A stretch of DNA of 64,000 nt from Patescibacteria group bacterium (GCA_038063815.1 JBBTUJ010000005.1:4875-68874), one strand, 5' to 3'. Numbered from the stretch's first letter, positions 10,843 to 22,096 are shown. The notes: generated by a model not told the origin, from the letters alone. Program-made: numbers and translations.

Positions 10843-11880
10843 CTACGATATCACACGCTCGATAACGCGCTTCAGGTCTTCCGCGATCTTCTCGGGAGTC
10901 CCGCGTGACATAAAAAGTTCGTATCCACCACCACCAATCCGCTTTGCAAGACCTGAGTCGTCGCGGAGAGAAAGTACCGCACGCGCAAGGTCATTCGAAT
11001 CTCCTGGAATACAGAGAAGAACGTTCTGCCCATCCTGTGCAATCTCTTCTATCGCCTCAGTACGTGCGGTAACAACAGGCTTCCGACATGCCCACGCCTC
11101 ATACACTTTGTTGGGAATAACGAGATGTATTTTGTGAGTCGTCCCGGCAATACCGATCGATACATCCGCTCGATTGATATATTCACGAAGATCTTCGTAC
11201 AGAACATCATCATGAAAAGATACCTCTGGATATTCCTTCTCATACATCCGCTTTATGCTTGTGCCAACAACTGAGATCTGTATCCCCTGTGCTGAAAGCA
11301 TCTTCCCCGCAGCAAGTACGGTAGGAACACCATGAAGCGGAATGTTCGTTCCGTGAAAGTGGACCGTGAAAGGGTGTGGCGACGAGGAATCATTTGCATC
11401 CGGATAAAAAACCGACGGATCGGATCCGACAAGAATGCGATGACTCCGTTCTGGGTCACACCCGAATTTGTTCACAAAAAAGTCGCGGTGGGCGAATGTG
11501 TCAAAAAGATATGCGTGCGCAAGGTGACATGAGAGAAGATCGAGGAGATAGTAGTATGCCGCGTGCAGACCTACACGTGAGTATTTCTGTCGGTCATCAA
11601 CAAGCGTCATGTGTAAAGAGAAAAACGGATCAAAAATAATCTTCTTTGACGATATAAGTCGCGCTAGTATGAGTGCCTGCTGTCCCGGAAACGCAACGAA
11701 CATGATGTCGTACCTGCCACGAATCTGAGCGTGCTTCCGAATGAGGTCTCTGTATTTTCCTACTCCCTTTTTGTTTGTTCTGCATTCGACAACTGTGTGC
11801 CCGCTTAACTCAAATGCACGCTTGAGGATGCGGTTCCTGGGGTAGGTGGGATCATAAATCCCAAAAAAACATATCTTCAT
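10843..11880 (-). CDS. Glycosyltransferase family 4
   Basis: YPRNRIL, IPNKVYEA. Confidence 0.85.
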   Translation of the reverse strand: MKICFFGIYDPTYPRNRILKRAFELSGHTVVECRTNKKGVGKYRDLIRKHAQIRGRYDIMFVAFPGQQALILARLISSKKIIFDPFFSLHMTLVDDRQKYSRVGLHAAYYYLLDLLSCHLAHAYLFDTFAHRDFFVNKFGCDPERSHRILVGSDPSVFYPDANDSSSPHPFTVHFHGTNIPLHGVPTVLAAGKMLSAQGIQISVVGTSIKRMYEKEYPEVSFHDDVLYEDLREYINRADVSIGIAGTTHKIHLVIPNKVYEAWACRKPVVTARTEAIEEIAQDGQNVLLCIPGDSNDLARAVLSLRDDSGLAKRIGGGGYELFMSRGTPEKIAEDLKRVIERVIS

Positions 11881-12935
11881 ATATGCGCGTCGTTCAAAAT
11901 ACCAACCATCCGCTCTATGAGAGATTGGAGACGATGTTCCGATGCAATCTTTTGGACCAACACACGCAAGGATTGGAACTCTCCATCGCTACGTTGTGCC
12001 ATTTGTAGAAGTGCATTTGCAAGTGTTTGGGCGTCACCTTGAGGAAATGCGACGACACCGGGCCGACCGACGCTCACTGAAAGCGTTCCCTCATTACACG
12101 TCACGACAGGAAGACCTGCCGCCATCGCTTCAAGAGGAGCCTTATCAAGCGCGCCCGTCGTGCTAGCGCTCACAAACACGTGTGCCTTATGAAGATACGG
12201 GAGAATATCCTTTTGGGGGACAGGCCCAACAAATGTTATTTTCTCTGACAAACCGAGTTCTTTCACTCGATCGTGAAGTTTCTTTTCATATGCTACCTGG
12301 TCCGGCGTTCCGGGTCCGCCGATGATAGAAAGAATGATTGAAGTTCCACGCTCCGTAACAATACGGATTGCGTCGATGAGTGTCTCATATCCTTTTACCC
12401 GAGAGATCCTACCGAATGTTACTACGCGGAGAACATCGCGCGGGAGGATTTCGGTAGAAGGAATGAATCGTTCCAGATCGATGCCGTGGCCGACAATGTG
12501 CGTTTTGTTCGATTGAATACGAAAGCTCTCTGTGGTCGATGTAAAAATATCGTGAGCAAGAATGGTGGCGAGGCGAAGTGAGGCGCTGACCGATCCGTGG
12601 GTATACCAAAGACCGATACGTTTCTTGAGTGCGCGCCACACAACACCACCTAAAACCACATAGATTGGGTTCATGTGTACAAAAACCGCGTCATAGTTTT
12701 TTCTTTCCCGCCATATATATGCATAGAACCGACGCAGGTATTTGAAGTGCGAGGGGCCCTTTTCTTTTCCGAGAGAAAGGACATGAACATTCTTTGGAAG
12801 CGCGTGCACGCCTTCATACAAACAGATGACGACTACCGACTCGCACTTTTGTGCAAACTCTTCAATCCATCGGTGAAAAAATCCGAGATTGTCATCTGCG
12901 CTATCAACTTTTTGTGTAAGGATAAGAAGTTTCAT
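11877..12935 (-). CDS. Glycosyltransferase family 4
   Basis: GHGID, GRISRVKG, LDKAPLEAMA. Confidence 0.9.
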   Translation of the reverse strand: MKLLILTQKVDSADDNLGFFHRWIEEFAQKCESVVVICLYEGVHALPKNVHVLSLGKEKGPSHFKYLRRFYAYIWRERKNYDAVFVHMNPIYVVLGGVVWRALKKRIGLWYTHGSVSASLRLATILAHDIFTSTTESFRIQSNKTHIVGHGIDLERFIPSTEILPRDVLRVVTFGRISRVKGYETLIDAIRIVTERGTSIILSIIGGPGTPDQVAYEKKLHDRVKELGLSEKITFVGPVPQKDILPYLHKAHVFVSASTTGALDKAPLEAMAAGLPVVTCNEGTLSVSVGRPGVVAFPQGDAQTLANALLQMAQRSDGEFQSLRVLVQKIASEHRLQSLIERMVGILNDAHI

Positions 12936-14071
12936 CTTCGGGAACTGACGAATTCAACCAGCGGACGCTGATAATCAAGAACGGTCTTTCCTCCATACTC
13001 TTTTTGGAACGCCTCTTTGATATTCCGTGAAAACCCTTCAAGAACATCCCTGTGTGAAGAGAGGTGTGTGATTTTTTCTGCATACGCTTCAGATTTTGCT
13101 TCCTGAGAAAGCACGTACCCTGTTTTTTCATCCATAACGAGGCCCTTGATTCCACCAACCTCTGCAGCAATAACAGGCATACCAGCAACAGCCGCTTCCA
13201 TGAATACGCGGGGGAATCCTTCATAGCGGGATGGCAAGAGAAGTACATGATGCGAAGAAAAGAGTCCTACAATATCGTGACGCGACACAACACCGCGCAT
13301 ATCGCACACACCATCAAGACCGCGTCGGTGTACCTGTTGTTCAAACCACGCACGCTCTCTACCCTTGCCGACAATAGTAAACCGCACACCGTTCCCCGTC
13401 GCACGTTTTGTTGTATCAATGATTTCGAGCAGAAGAGGAATATTCTTCTGCAAAACGAACCTTCCCATAAACAAAATCCTGAACGGAGATTCCGAGAGAT
13501 TCCTGGACAACGTCTGCAAAGCATCGAGATCCGTTGGCATCATCGGTTTGAAAAAAACTTTCTTACCATATTCTTCTTTAAGACGCTCCACGGTTTCAGG
13601 ACCATCTGTCTGGATCGCATCCGCCCTCTTGAGAACATGCGGTGCAAGAAGCGTATAGAATCTATGTTTGAGTGATTCCGTTCGAATAAAGACGTTGTGT
13701 ATGTCTGTACCAAAAACACCAGCAACCATGGGTATGTGAAAATGTTTTCCCACCAAGAGTCCTACCAGACCAAAAAGAAATGGGTCTTGTGTGATGATGC
13801 TCCCGGGGCGGATTTTCCTTACAACACGCCCAAGTGTTGTGGATACCCTTAAAAGACCGAGAAGTTTTGATCGGTACGGGACAGGATGCACAAAAACCCG
13901 CGGGAGAACTTCTCGCACTTCACGAAGCGGTGTCGGCGCTGAGAGTATCACGTGCACCGACGCGTAGAGTTCTGTGTACACCTGCATACGACGTGCCGTG
14001 TCACTTGTTGCGTCACCGACAGAGGCGTCGGTCGAGAGCATTACTACGGGTTGTTTTTCTAATGAGGGCAT
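12932..14071 (-). CDS. Glycosyltransferase family 4
   Basis: GRFVLQKN, EGFPRVFMEA. Confidence 0.9.
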   Translation of the reverse strand: MPSLEKQPVVMLSTDASVGDATSDTARRMQVYTELYASVHVILSAPTPLREVREVLPRVFVHPVPYRSKLLGLLRVSTTLGRVVRKIRPGSIITQDPFLFGLVGLLVGKHFHIPMVAGVFGTDIHNVFIRTESLKHRFYTLLAPHVLKRADAIQTDGPETVERLKEEYGKKVFFKPMMPTDLDALQTLSRNLSESPFRILFMGRFVLQKNIPLLLEIIDTTKRATGNGVRFTIVGKGRERAWFEQQVHRRGLDGVCDMRGVVSRHDIVGLFSSHHVLLLPSRYEGFPRVFMEAAVAGMPVIAAEVGGIKGLVMDEKTGYVLSQEAKSEAYAEKITHLSSHRDVLEGFSRNIKEAFQKEYGGKTVLDYQRPLVEFVSSRR

Positions 14072-15078
14072 AGGGCAAGAAATTCGTGTGCGATATCTTT
14101 GTACGAGTGGATGAATGAAAGTGCGCGGACACGGAGGGCATACTCACGATAGTGGGTTTCGTCAGCAAGCGTCAGAAATGCGTTCGCTATTTCGTCTTCA
14201 TTAAGAGGGTCTACCAAAAATGCCGCGTTCCCAATACGATTTGTTATACCATTTTCACGAGTTAAAATGACTGGTTTTCCAAATGAGAGAGCTTCAAGAA
14301 TAAAGTTCGGTCCTATATCTCCGAGAGACACGAGAACCGCAGCATAACAATTTTTGAGTGCTTCGATAACTTCATCGTGTGGACGATTAAACCGAAGCGT
14401 GAGCGATATGCGCGGGAATTTCTCTTGTGCTTTTTTGAATGCGCGCTCTAATGTGTCCGTATTTTTCCACTTAAGATCTCGGACTATGCATACAAAATTT
14501 TTCTCTGCATCGGGAGATGGTGTTTCTACGACAGACACCGGCTCATAATTGTTCTCAATGACTGAAACCTTTGTTGAATCGACGATATATACAGGAACCC
14601 AGATATCACGCTGATATGTCGTATTAAATACGATTTTGTCCATTTGTTTCAATGCCCATCGCGTCAGTGTAAAAACCATTTTTTCTTTTTGTGTAAAATT
14701 TCGTTCTGCGCTATAAAATTCTGAAAAGAGTATTTTTTCTCCTGTCCGCTCCACATACTGCTCCCATAAAAAATCACCTCCCGTTCGAAGGATGACGTGC
14801 CCACCAAATATCTTTCTAAGAAGCGCCACCGGAAGACCGACGCTAAACGTGTCAAGTGTAATCGTTATATCCGCACGTATGAATCCCAAGATAGATTTTA
14901 AAAAATAGACAGCGTGGCGGATTCCCGTCGGAAGATGGTGCTCAATCGTGTATGTCCGCACAAAAACAGTATGCCCAAGAGATTCAAGGGCTGCTTTAAG
15001 TTGTGATGCGTAATGTCCCGTTCCCCCGGTCTTTGGGGGATAGATTCCTGTCGCAATAAGGATACGCATGCTTTTCAT
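14059..15078 (-). CDS. Glycosyltransferase family 4
   Basis: IYPPKTGG, GPNFILEALSFGKP; start trimmed to MKSMR. Confidence 0.85.
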   Translation of the reverse strand: MKSMRILIATGIYPPKTGGTGHYASQLKAALESLGHTVFVRTYTIEHHLPTGIRHAVYFLKSILGFIRADITITLDTFSVGLPVALLRKIFGGHVILRTGGDFLWEQYVERTGEKILFSEFYSAERNFTQKEKMVFTLTRWALKQMDKIVFNTTYQRDIWVPVYIVDSTKVSVIENNYEPVSVVETPSPDAEKNFVCIVRDLKWKNTDTLERAFKKAQEKFPRISLTLRFNRPHDEVIEALKNCYAAVLVSLGDIGPNFILEALSFGKPVILTRENGITNRIGNAAFLVDPLNEDEIANAFLTLADETHYREYALRVRALSFIHSYKDIAHEFLALCPH

Positions 15079-15178
15079 GGTTGCATAAGTGAGTGAAAAA
15101 GGGAAAGCCGGACGCCAACTGCGCGCCCGGCTCAATTCTCCCCAAAGATCTGCTGACCCGAGCTCACTTAGGCCGTGG

Positions 15179-15667
15179 TTAGGCGATGCACATCCGGAGG
15201 AGAGGTGCGAACTTCTGGTTGCCGCTCAACGCAGCGATCTCACGGGCCTCGTCGAGCGTCATGAGACCAGCATTGACTGCCGCGACAAGAACAACCGCTT
15301 CATCGGCGTCCTCGGGGAGACCCGAGAATGCCATCACGAGGTTCTTAGCCGCACGAATCCCCCCGCCCCACTCGTTGCGTTCCGGATTGCGGCTCTCCGC
15401 GCTTGACCGAAGATTGTCCTGGATGATGCGCAAAACCTTCTCCACACAGTAGTCGACCGAGGGAGAGGTTGGTGGAACGTATCCTAGGCGCATCTTGAAG
15501 GGCATCCAGAGTTCCCCCCTCTTGTCTTTGCACCAGTTGAGAAAGAACCACCCCGCAATCTTCCTTCCCCTCTCGGAATCCTCGGTGAGACCATTCGCAA
15601 TGGCCACATCCAGGATCCGAGGGAGTGATCCGAGGATCTGACCCACGTGATCGAGCGTTGCGCGCAC
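15179..15667 (-). CDS. Hypothetical protein (GC-rich orphan cassette)
   Basis: 162-aa ORF with its own TTGACA-N17-TATTAT promoter; C-terminal WGGGI..AFSGLPEDADEA weakly recalls heme-binding GlcG-like proteins. Confidence 0.6.
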   Translation of the reverse strand: MRATLDHVGQILGSLPRILDVAIANGLTEDSERGRKIAGWFFLNWCKDKRGELWMPFKMRLGYVPPTSPSVDYCVEKVLRIIQDNLRSSAESRNPERNEWGGGIRAAKNLVMAFSGLPEDADEAVVLVAAVNAGLMTLDEAREIAALSGNQKFAPLLRMCIA

Positions 15668-15743
15668 CGTTGCACCAAACCTTTCCCCCCGATCAATGTC
15701 GGGGCTTGTCTAGACAAGATAATACGTAATGGGGAAGGTTATG

Positions 15744-16961
15744 TCAAATAACTTTCACAAAAACTTTTTCACGCATATCGCGCGCGACAGTGTCCCATCC
15801 GTATTTTACTCGAACCATCTCGCGCGCATTTTTTACAATCTTCTTGCGGAGTACATCATTCTCCATGAGCCGCACGACGGCACTTGCAATCGATTCGGGG
15901 TTTTTTACTTCACAAAACAATCCCGTCGGCGCTACCTTCCCCAGCGGGCTTTCGGGGTCTATCAAAAAATCGGGAATGCCACCGACGCGCGTTGCGACAA
16001 TTGGAATTCCGGCTGCCATTGCCTCAAGAAAACTCGAACCCATTCCTTCGGAGAGTGCTGGACGGACGAAGATGTCTGATACTTGGAGGTATGCGGGAAC
16101 GAGGTCTGTGTCTACTTGGCCGCAGAACCGCACGCGTTTTTGAAGTCCTTTGGACACGACTTCCTTCCACAATCGCTCCCCAAGAGGACCCGCGCCTAAA
16201 ACTAAAAATTTCACGCGCTCCGGCAATTTTGAAAGTGCTGCAATAACATCTCCAAGTGCATTCTTCTCAACAAGGCGTGATGTTGTCACGAGATATACTT
16301 CGTTCGGTTTCTTATTGAGGGCATAGATAAGTTTGTTTGTTTCTTTTGTATGCTTTGTACTTGCAAATCTTTCAAACTCAACTCCATTCGGAATAACAAC
16401 CGGCTCTCCGGGGTATCCCATGTCTTTTGCAAACTGTGCGAGATATTTTGAAATTGCCTGTACGACCGTTGCTTCAGTAAAAATGCGTTTCAAGAGTCCG
16501 GAAAAAAGACGGATGCGGCGGCGTTTCGTGATGTATTCCGTCGTGTCACCATCTTGGAGTGTCAAAATATACGGAGTCATATCCCGAAAAAATTTCCGCA
16601 ACAAAACCACGGGAAATCCCATATTTGTCATAAGAGACCAGTATGCATTGTAGGGTTTCCCCCGCGAAAGGGAGCACGCCTTCAAAACGGCGAGTGGCAC
16701 ATACAGAACCTTCACGAGATACCACGGGAAGCGGGAAAGATCTTCGAATGTAATCCCTTTTTTTGACGGGCCGATACGGTGAATCGTCACATTCCCAACC
16801 CTCTCAATACGTGGAAGGTTCGCGTCCGCGCGAAGAGCGATGAGGTCAAATTCTATCTCCTCCTTTGAGATCTGGTCCGTGATGAATCGCACGGCCATCT
16901 CCGCCCCACTCTCGTAGGGATGGTACATGAGAGAAAAGATGAGGATGCGCTTGGTTGCCAT
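15744..16961 (-). CDS. Glycosyltransferase family 4
   Basis: SGAE, IPNGV, SRLVEKN, EGMGSSFLEAMA. Confidence 0.92.
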   Translation of the reverse strand: MATKRILIFSLMYHPYESGAEMAVRFITDQISKEEIEFDLIALRADANLPRIERVGNVTIHRIGPSKKGITFEDLSRFPWYLVKVLYVPLAVLKACSLSRGKPYNAYWSLMTNMGFPVVLLRKFFRDMTPYILTLQDGDTTEYITKRRRIRLFSGLLKRIFTEATVVQAISKYLAQFAKDMGYPGEPVVIPNGVEFERFASTKHTKETNKLIYALNKKPNEVYLVTTSRLVEKNALGDVIAALSKLPERVKFLVLGAGPLGERLWKEVVSKGLQKRVRFCGQVDTDLVPAYLQVSDIFVRPALSEGMGSSFLEAMAAGIPIVATRVGGIPDFLIDPESPLGKVAPTGLFCEVKNPESIASAVVRLMENDVLRKKIVKNAREMVRVKYGWDTVARDMREKVFVKVI

Positions 16962-16991
16962 CAAGGCATCATACCATGCAGTTGTTTTGCT

Positions 16992-18341
16992 TCATGAAGA
17001 CGCTTCTGTCACCTCAATAATCGTGAACGCGTGTGCTGGCGGAAGGCCTGTACCTGAACCGACATCTTTTCTTGTTCTCTGCGTTGTCAAAAAACCAAGA
17101 AGAGCAAGGGTACTTACAATAAGCGTTCCGGCAAGAATATACGGCAACACGCTTTCTGTATGAGACGCTGTCGGAACAACTTCTTCAACATACCCAAGCA
17201 CCTTATTTTCTACTACGGCGTTTGGTTCGTATGTGGCGGCTTTTTTGCCACCGGGATAGAGAAGTTCTACGCGGTCCTCTTTTTGTGGCAAAAGTTCGGT
17301 TACTTCTTCAGGAAACTTCACTGCACTTCGAGGTGCGATCAGAGTATCATCAGGAAACGTGAATGTGTCTCGTGATTTGCTTCCTTTCTCGTACTCAATG
17401 TGTATCTGCCAGCGTGAAAGGTCGAGTTCCGTTTCCGCGCCGTTCGCGACCTCGATGTATCCGCCGTTTCCCCAATCAATGTCGCTTAAGCGGACTTCTG
17501 CTGGAACCGCCGTCACCATGAGCTTATCCTTCGCCCTTTGATTGTCTCCAGAGACATTGAGAACAACCGTATACGTGCCAGGTTTTCGATACGTGTGCGC
17601 TTCTTCTTTTCCTTTTCCCTTTCCACCATCTCCAAATGACCATGCGTAGTTCGCCGCGGAGATTCGTATGTTTTTATCGCTCACGCCATACCCCTCAAAC
17701 AACGCCTGTGCCCCAACCGTCACAAGACGGTCTTCACCTGCATAGGCAAAAACGACCTGCTTATATCCACCCGTTATTGTTTTCTTGGCAGTTGTGCTCG
17801 AGGAGCTCGAGGAAGAAGTAGATGTTCCCGCAACTTCTCCCCCGGTATCCTCCGTGCTGTTAATCGCCTTTGGTGTCGGAACGCCTGTTATCCACGTCCC
17901 ATCGGCCTGACGTTGAGCTGTGTGTTTTGTTGTGTTGTTTCCGCCGAGATTCTCCCAGTTCGCGCCGCCTGAGGCCGTATCGACGACAACACCATCTTTA
18001 TCGAGAATCTTCAATGTCTCGCCCGTATTTCCCAAATCGCCCGTATATATCTTGTCTGCAGGAATTCCAGAAACACTTTCATCGTCTGTCCGTTCAAGTA
18101 AATAATAGCCACTAGCGGATATCGAACCAGAAAGCGCTATTGACGGACTTCCATCCTCTGCGATAAGTTTCCACCCAGTGAGTGAAACGAGATCTGCGCC
18201 ATCGTTCACGATCTCAATCCATTCATCTGTTGCTGACGTTACAGTTCCCATCCAAGCAACTTCGTTTATAAAAAGGGCTGCAAATGTTTGCGTTGGTGCG
18301 AGCGCCACAAACAAAACAAAAAGAAAAAGCTTCCGTTTCAT
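16992..18341 (-). CDS. Surface protein with lamin-tail and PKD domains, signal peptide and C-terminal TM anchor
   Basis: INEVAW..DEWIEI lamin tail; WSFGDG/HTYRKPGTYTV PKD. Confidence 0.85.
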   Translation of the reverse strand: MKRKLFLFVLFVALAPTQTFAALFINEVAWMGTVTSATDEWIEIVNDGADLVSLTGWKLIAEDGSPSIALSGSISASGYYLLERTDDESVSGIPADKIYTGDLGNTGETLKILDKDGVVVDTASGGANWENLGGNNTTKHTAQRQADGTWITGVPTPKAINSTEDTGGEVAGTSTSSSSSSSTTAKKTITGGYKQVVFAYAGEDRLVTVGAQALFEGYGVSDKNIRISAANYAWSFGDGGKGKGKEEAHTYRKPGTYTVVLNVSGDNQRAKDKLMVTAVPAEVRLSDIDWGNGGYIEVANGAETELDLSRWQIHIEYEKGSKSRDTFTFPDDTLIAPRSAVKFPEEVTELLPQKEDRVELLYPGGKKAATYEPNAVVENKVLGYVEEVVPTASHTESVLPYILAGTLIVSTLALLGFLTTQRTRKDVGSGTGLPPAHAFTIIEVTEASS

Positions 18342-18386
18342 GCGAAAACTCTATCTCATGCAAGATAAAGAGGCGTTAAAGAATAC

Positions 18387-20372
18387 TTACTTCTTTTCCC
18401 GGTCAAACAACTTTTTCAAAACGTGTTCAGGAACTTCAGGAAGTGCTTGTTTCTGTTGAGAAAGATTTGGCGCAGGGGGCACGGGGGCACTCTGGGCAGG
18501 TTTCGGTGAAGGATTCTGGACTGGCGGAGGTGGCGGTGTTTGTTTTACTTCCTGCTTCGGTGGCTGGGATTGTTGTGGTTGTTGTTGTGGTTGGACTTGA
18601 GGAGCTGGTCGTGATGAAGGAGTTTGTTGCACGGGTTCTCGCGGAACAGGGGTTATACCCTCATCCGGGGCAACAGGTTGCTGAAGGACTGCCGCCAACG
18701 CGTCGCGTAAATCTTTCAACCGCTCTTCTGACGGTCCTTTTTCTTTCTTTTGGCGCGCACGCTCTTCTTCTTTAAGGCGCGAAAGAGAAACAGCTTGCCG
18801 AACCCGATCTTCACGATTAGAGAAACCTTTTTGTTTTCCTTCTTCTTGACGGGGTTCTCTTCCCTCCGGAGGTTTTACAGGGCTTCTTTGCTCACTGCGG
18901 GGAATTCCGGACTCCTCTTTTCTCTCCGGTGGCCTGCCGCCACGTTGTTCTCCTCGAAAACTACCTCCACCTCGTTGACCACCACGATCTCCCGAAGAAC
19001 TACCCTCCCGGCGAGGCGGCGGAGCAGAACGCGTCTCAGAGCGTCCGCCGCCTCCTTCTCTTTCCTCTCTACCAAACACCTTTTCGTGCCACGTAATGAT
19101 ATCTTCTTCAACGGGACGTCGTGCTCGGGCAAATTGCTCACGTGAACGAGCGATGGCGACATCGCGGTACGAAACAGCTGGTGACGCGATAGGTCCCAGT
19201 GTTCGCGCGGAAAAAGGAGCAGACGACATACCATCAATCATAAGTTTGAGGTATACCTGCGCAAACCCGAGATTCACGAGATCTTCTGCGGTGAAGAGCG
19301 GTGCGAATTCTTTTTCGAGATACTCGGCGTCCGTCGCACCAACACGGAATGTAATCATCGTTCCGACGTTGCCGAAGACGGCGGCACGCACTTCGTCAGA
19401 CATCTGCTCGATGTACTGATGCGCCATCGTGAGATTCAATTTATATTTTCGCGCCTCCGAGAGGATGTCCGCAAAGGACTCGTTCGCAAATGATTGGAAT
19501 TCATCGACGTAGAGATAAAAGTTCGGCAGTTTATTGAGTTCATCCTCACGCAAGTCGGCGCGTGACATCGCGGCAAGGTAAATCTTTGTGATGAGCATCG
19601 AGCCCAAGAGATTCGCGCTATCTTCACCCACCTGCCCTTTCGAAAGGTTAATGATGAGGATCTTGCGCTGATCCATGATCTCGCGAATGTTAAAAGACGA
19701 TTTCGACTGGCCGACGATATTCCGAATGACAGGATTCGCAGTGAATTGTCCAACTTTGTTCTGGATTGCAGGAGTCGCTTCGGCTGCGAATTTATCGGTA
19801 TATCGTGCAAACTCATCTTCCCAAAATGACTTCACACCAGGGTCAGTCACCGACGCGACCACAGCGGCGCGAAATTCCCTGTCAACGAGCATCCGGTTGA
19901 TTCCCAAAAGCGTTGCGCCTGGGTACTCGAGAAGCGCCAGAATCGTATTGTTCAAAATATATTCCATGCGGGCTGACCACGCATCAACCCAGATTTTCTT
20001 AAATGCAGACATGAGACCCGCCGCAACAAGGTGACGTTTGTCCGGACCAATATCTTCCATCACGTTGAATGAAACCGGATTTGCAAGATCAAACGGTGCA
20101 AAATACACGACATCATTGATACGATGCTCGGGAATGTAGTCAAGAAGAAGGTCAGCGGTCTTGCCGTGCGGATCAATGAAGGCGAATCCTTCGCCGTTCT
20201 GGATATCCTGCACCGCCATGTTCTCAAGCAGAGTTGACTTACCGGTTCCGGTCTTTCCGATGACGTAGACGTGACGCGTCCGGTCCTTGGCTTTAATGCC
20301 AAATTTGACGAGTTTATTCCGGTGGTCGGTCTCGCCGATATATGTGATTCTGTTTGGATCAAAAGAACTCAT
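18387..20372 (-). CDS. TraD/TrwB/DUF87-like P-loop ATPase with disordered C-tail
   Basis: HVYVIGKTGTGKS Walker A, IDPHG, YVDEFQ Walker B, EARKY. Confidence 0.88.
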   Translation of the reverse strand: MSSFDPNRITYIGETDHRNKLVKFGIKAKDRTRHVYVIGKTGTGKSTLLENMAVQDIQNGEGFAFIDPHGKTADLLLDYIPEHRINDVVYFAPFDLANPVSFNVMEDIGPDKRHLVAAGLMSAFKKIWVDAWSARMEYILNNTILALLEYPGATLLGINRMLVDREFRAAVVASVTDPGVKSFWEDEFARYTDKFAAEATPAIQNKVGQFTANPVIRNIVGQSKSSFNIREIMDQRKILIINLSKGQVGEDSANLLGSMLITKIYLAAMSRADLREDELNKLPNFYLYVDEFQSFANESFADILSEARKYKLNLTMAHQYIEQMSDEVRAAVFGNVGTMITFRVGATDAEYLEKEFAPLFTAEDLVNLGFAQVYLKLMIDGMSSAPFSARTLGPIASPAVSYRDVAIARSREQFARARRPVEEDIITWHEKVFGREEREGGGGRSETRSAPPPRREGSSSGDRGGQRGGGSFRGEQRGGRPPERKEESGIPRSEQRSPVKPPEGREPRQEEGKQKGFSNREDRVRQAVSLSRLKEEERARQKKEKGPSEERLKDLRDALAAVLQQPVAPDEGITPVPREPVQQTPSSRPAPQVQPQQQPQQSQPPKQEVKQTPPPPPVQNPSPKPAQSAPVPPAPNLSQQKQALPEVPEHVLKKLFDREKK

Positions 20373-20484
20373 GCAAAAAGAGATGTACCTTGTGAATGCT
20401 TTCTACAGTATAAAACAGCGGAGCAAAAACGAAAGGCCGCCGTTCTCGCGAACGGCGACCACCGAGAGAAACGCGAACGACCGT

Positions 20485-20769
20485 TCAGTCGTCCGCACGG
20501 GATGTAACCGTCGCGCTAGGATTCCACACCCTGACGCTCGTCCATCCTCCCTCTTGGACAACGACAGCGGCCGACCATCCGGCCGTCCGGACGAACCCGG
20601 TGATCTCGTAGACCTGACCGACCGTTAGGTACGGACCGAGTTCGACTCGGGCAAATCCGTTGGTCTGAAGCTGGACGCTGATCGCGCCCAGCACCCGCGA
20701 CTTCGCCTCTTCATTCCAGGGAAACCACTTGCCTCCCTGGGTCTTCTCAACTTGTCCTAAGGTGACCAT
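20485..20769 (-). CDS. Hypothetical protein (GC-rich orphan cassette)
   Basis: GGGAGG SD, TAGACA-N17-TACCAT promoter, downstream hairpin. Confidence 0.6.
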   Translation of the reverse strand: MVTLGQVEKTQGGKWFPWNEEAKSRVLGAISVQLQTNGFARVELGPYLTVGQVYEITGFVRTAGWSAAVVVQEGGWTSVRVWNPSATVTSRADD

Positions 20770-20848
20770 CGTTTCTGTTCCTCCCGTAGGTTTGTACTGC
20801 TCGCTGAAAGGGATGGTACTCTTCGAGAAACACTCTGTCTAGAAAATA

Positions 20849-22096
20849 TTATTCATTCAAAAGCGCCCCTCTTGTATAGGTATTCCCCGCATCCCACAGA
20901 GCCCAACTCGTGAGCCCAACATCGTATGTCGCCTGTATCTCCGCACGGACCATCTCCGGCGTGTATGTCGCTCCGAGATCGAAGTCCTGAATCCATGGGC
21001 GAAGTTGTGATTCTTTGATATCCCCGTGTCCTTTCTCTGCCTGCGCTTTCAAAAAGATAATGTCAGTCGTCGTCGCGGGAGACACAACGCTTGCCGCAAC
21101 AACACGCGCGCGCCGCGCGGCCTCCCTCATTGAATATTCGATAACCTCGTACGGATGCGCTGCCGGATCCGCAATACCGATAAAACCATCATTGTAGTGC
21201 GAGGGATACACCATCGGCATCACGTAATGGAAATACGGGAGCGCGCGTTCAAGCACTTGCCCGATACCAAGATCGTCCGTGTTCGTTGTTGTATACCCGA
21301 AGAGGTCAACGGAGAGTTTGGGCGCCGTATCGAATCCACGGGTTGGTTTCGAGAGGTGGTCATACAGGTATGCAAAGAAATCCTCGAGCCGCTCTTCTTT
21401 GTTTTTTCCTTCGCTCCACGTGAACGCGATATCTTTCATCGGACCATCTGATGGGTAGCGGACGTAGTCAAAGTTGAGCTCATCAAATCCGAGCACATAC
21501 GATTCTTCAGAAAGTTCGATGATATAGTCCCAGAACGGTTCCGCACCGACGTCGATGAACGAGAGTCCTTTATTATCTTTCCACGTGCTCCCGTCACTTG
21601 CTTTTTTCACCGCGAGTTCGGGGTGAAGTTTGCTGTAATGAGGGTCCTGAAACACGGTGATACGTCCGATGACGTAAATATTTTTTTCATGGAGCGTTTT
21701 GATGAACTCTTTCATGTCATAGGCGCCGCACGTATCTGAAACAGCATTTGCAAGAATTTCGTTGTCAGTTGTAAATGCAATCCTTCCCGAGAAATCCTTG
21801 ATATCAATAATGACAGCGTTGAGTTCCGTCTCATCAATAAGTTTGACGAGTTTTTCACGGAACGACGGCGTTCCGACAACACACTGCGTCATATAAATCG
21901 CCTTCAAGGGTTCGGGTGTCTCAAGATGGATGACATCGGGCTTCGGTGGTGGTGTTTTGAGTGTCTCGCCTCGGCCCACCAAATCACCATTCATGTACGT
22001 TGACGAAAAGAGTCGTGGTGCGGCAAAAAGAAGTACCCCGACGAGAATAAGGAGGACTATAAAAACAATGCGTCGCGGGGACAAAACTTTTTGCAT
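20849..22096 (-). CDS. Putative glycoside hydrolase (DUF4015-like), membrane anchored
   Basis: NAVIIDIKD, FDELNFDYVRYP, PMVYPSHY, RPWIQDF; start trimmed to MQKV. Confidence 0.85.
   Translation of the reverse strand: MQKVLSPRRIVFIVLLILVGVLLFAAPRLFSSTYMNGDLVGRGETLKTPPPKPDVIHLETPEPLKAIYMTQCVVGTPSFREKLVKLIDETELNAVIIDIKDFSGRIAFTTDNEILANAVSDTCGAYDMKEFIKTLHEKNIYVIGRITVFQDPHYSKLHPELAVKKASDGSTWKDNKGLSFIDVGAEPFWDYIIELSEESYVLGFDELNFDYVRYPSDGPMKDIAFTWSEGKNKEERLEDFFAYLYDHLSKPTRGFDTAPKLSVDLFGYTTTNTDDLGIGQVLERALPYFHYVMPMVYPSHYNDGFIGIADPAAHPYEVIEYSMREAARRARVVAASVVSPATTTDIIFLKAQAEKGHGDIKESQLRPWIQDFDLGATYTPEMVRAEIQATYDVGLTSWALWDAGNTYTRGALLNE

Noticed and set aside
18440-19080. P/Q- and R/G/E-rich tract as a repeat element
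   Set aside because: It is an in-frame low-complexity protein tail with no DNA-level repeat unit.
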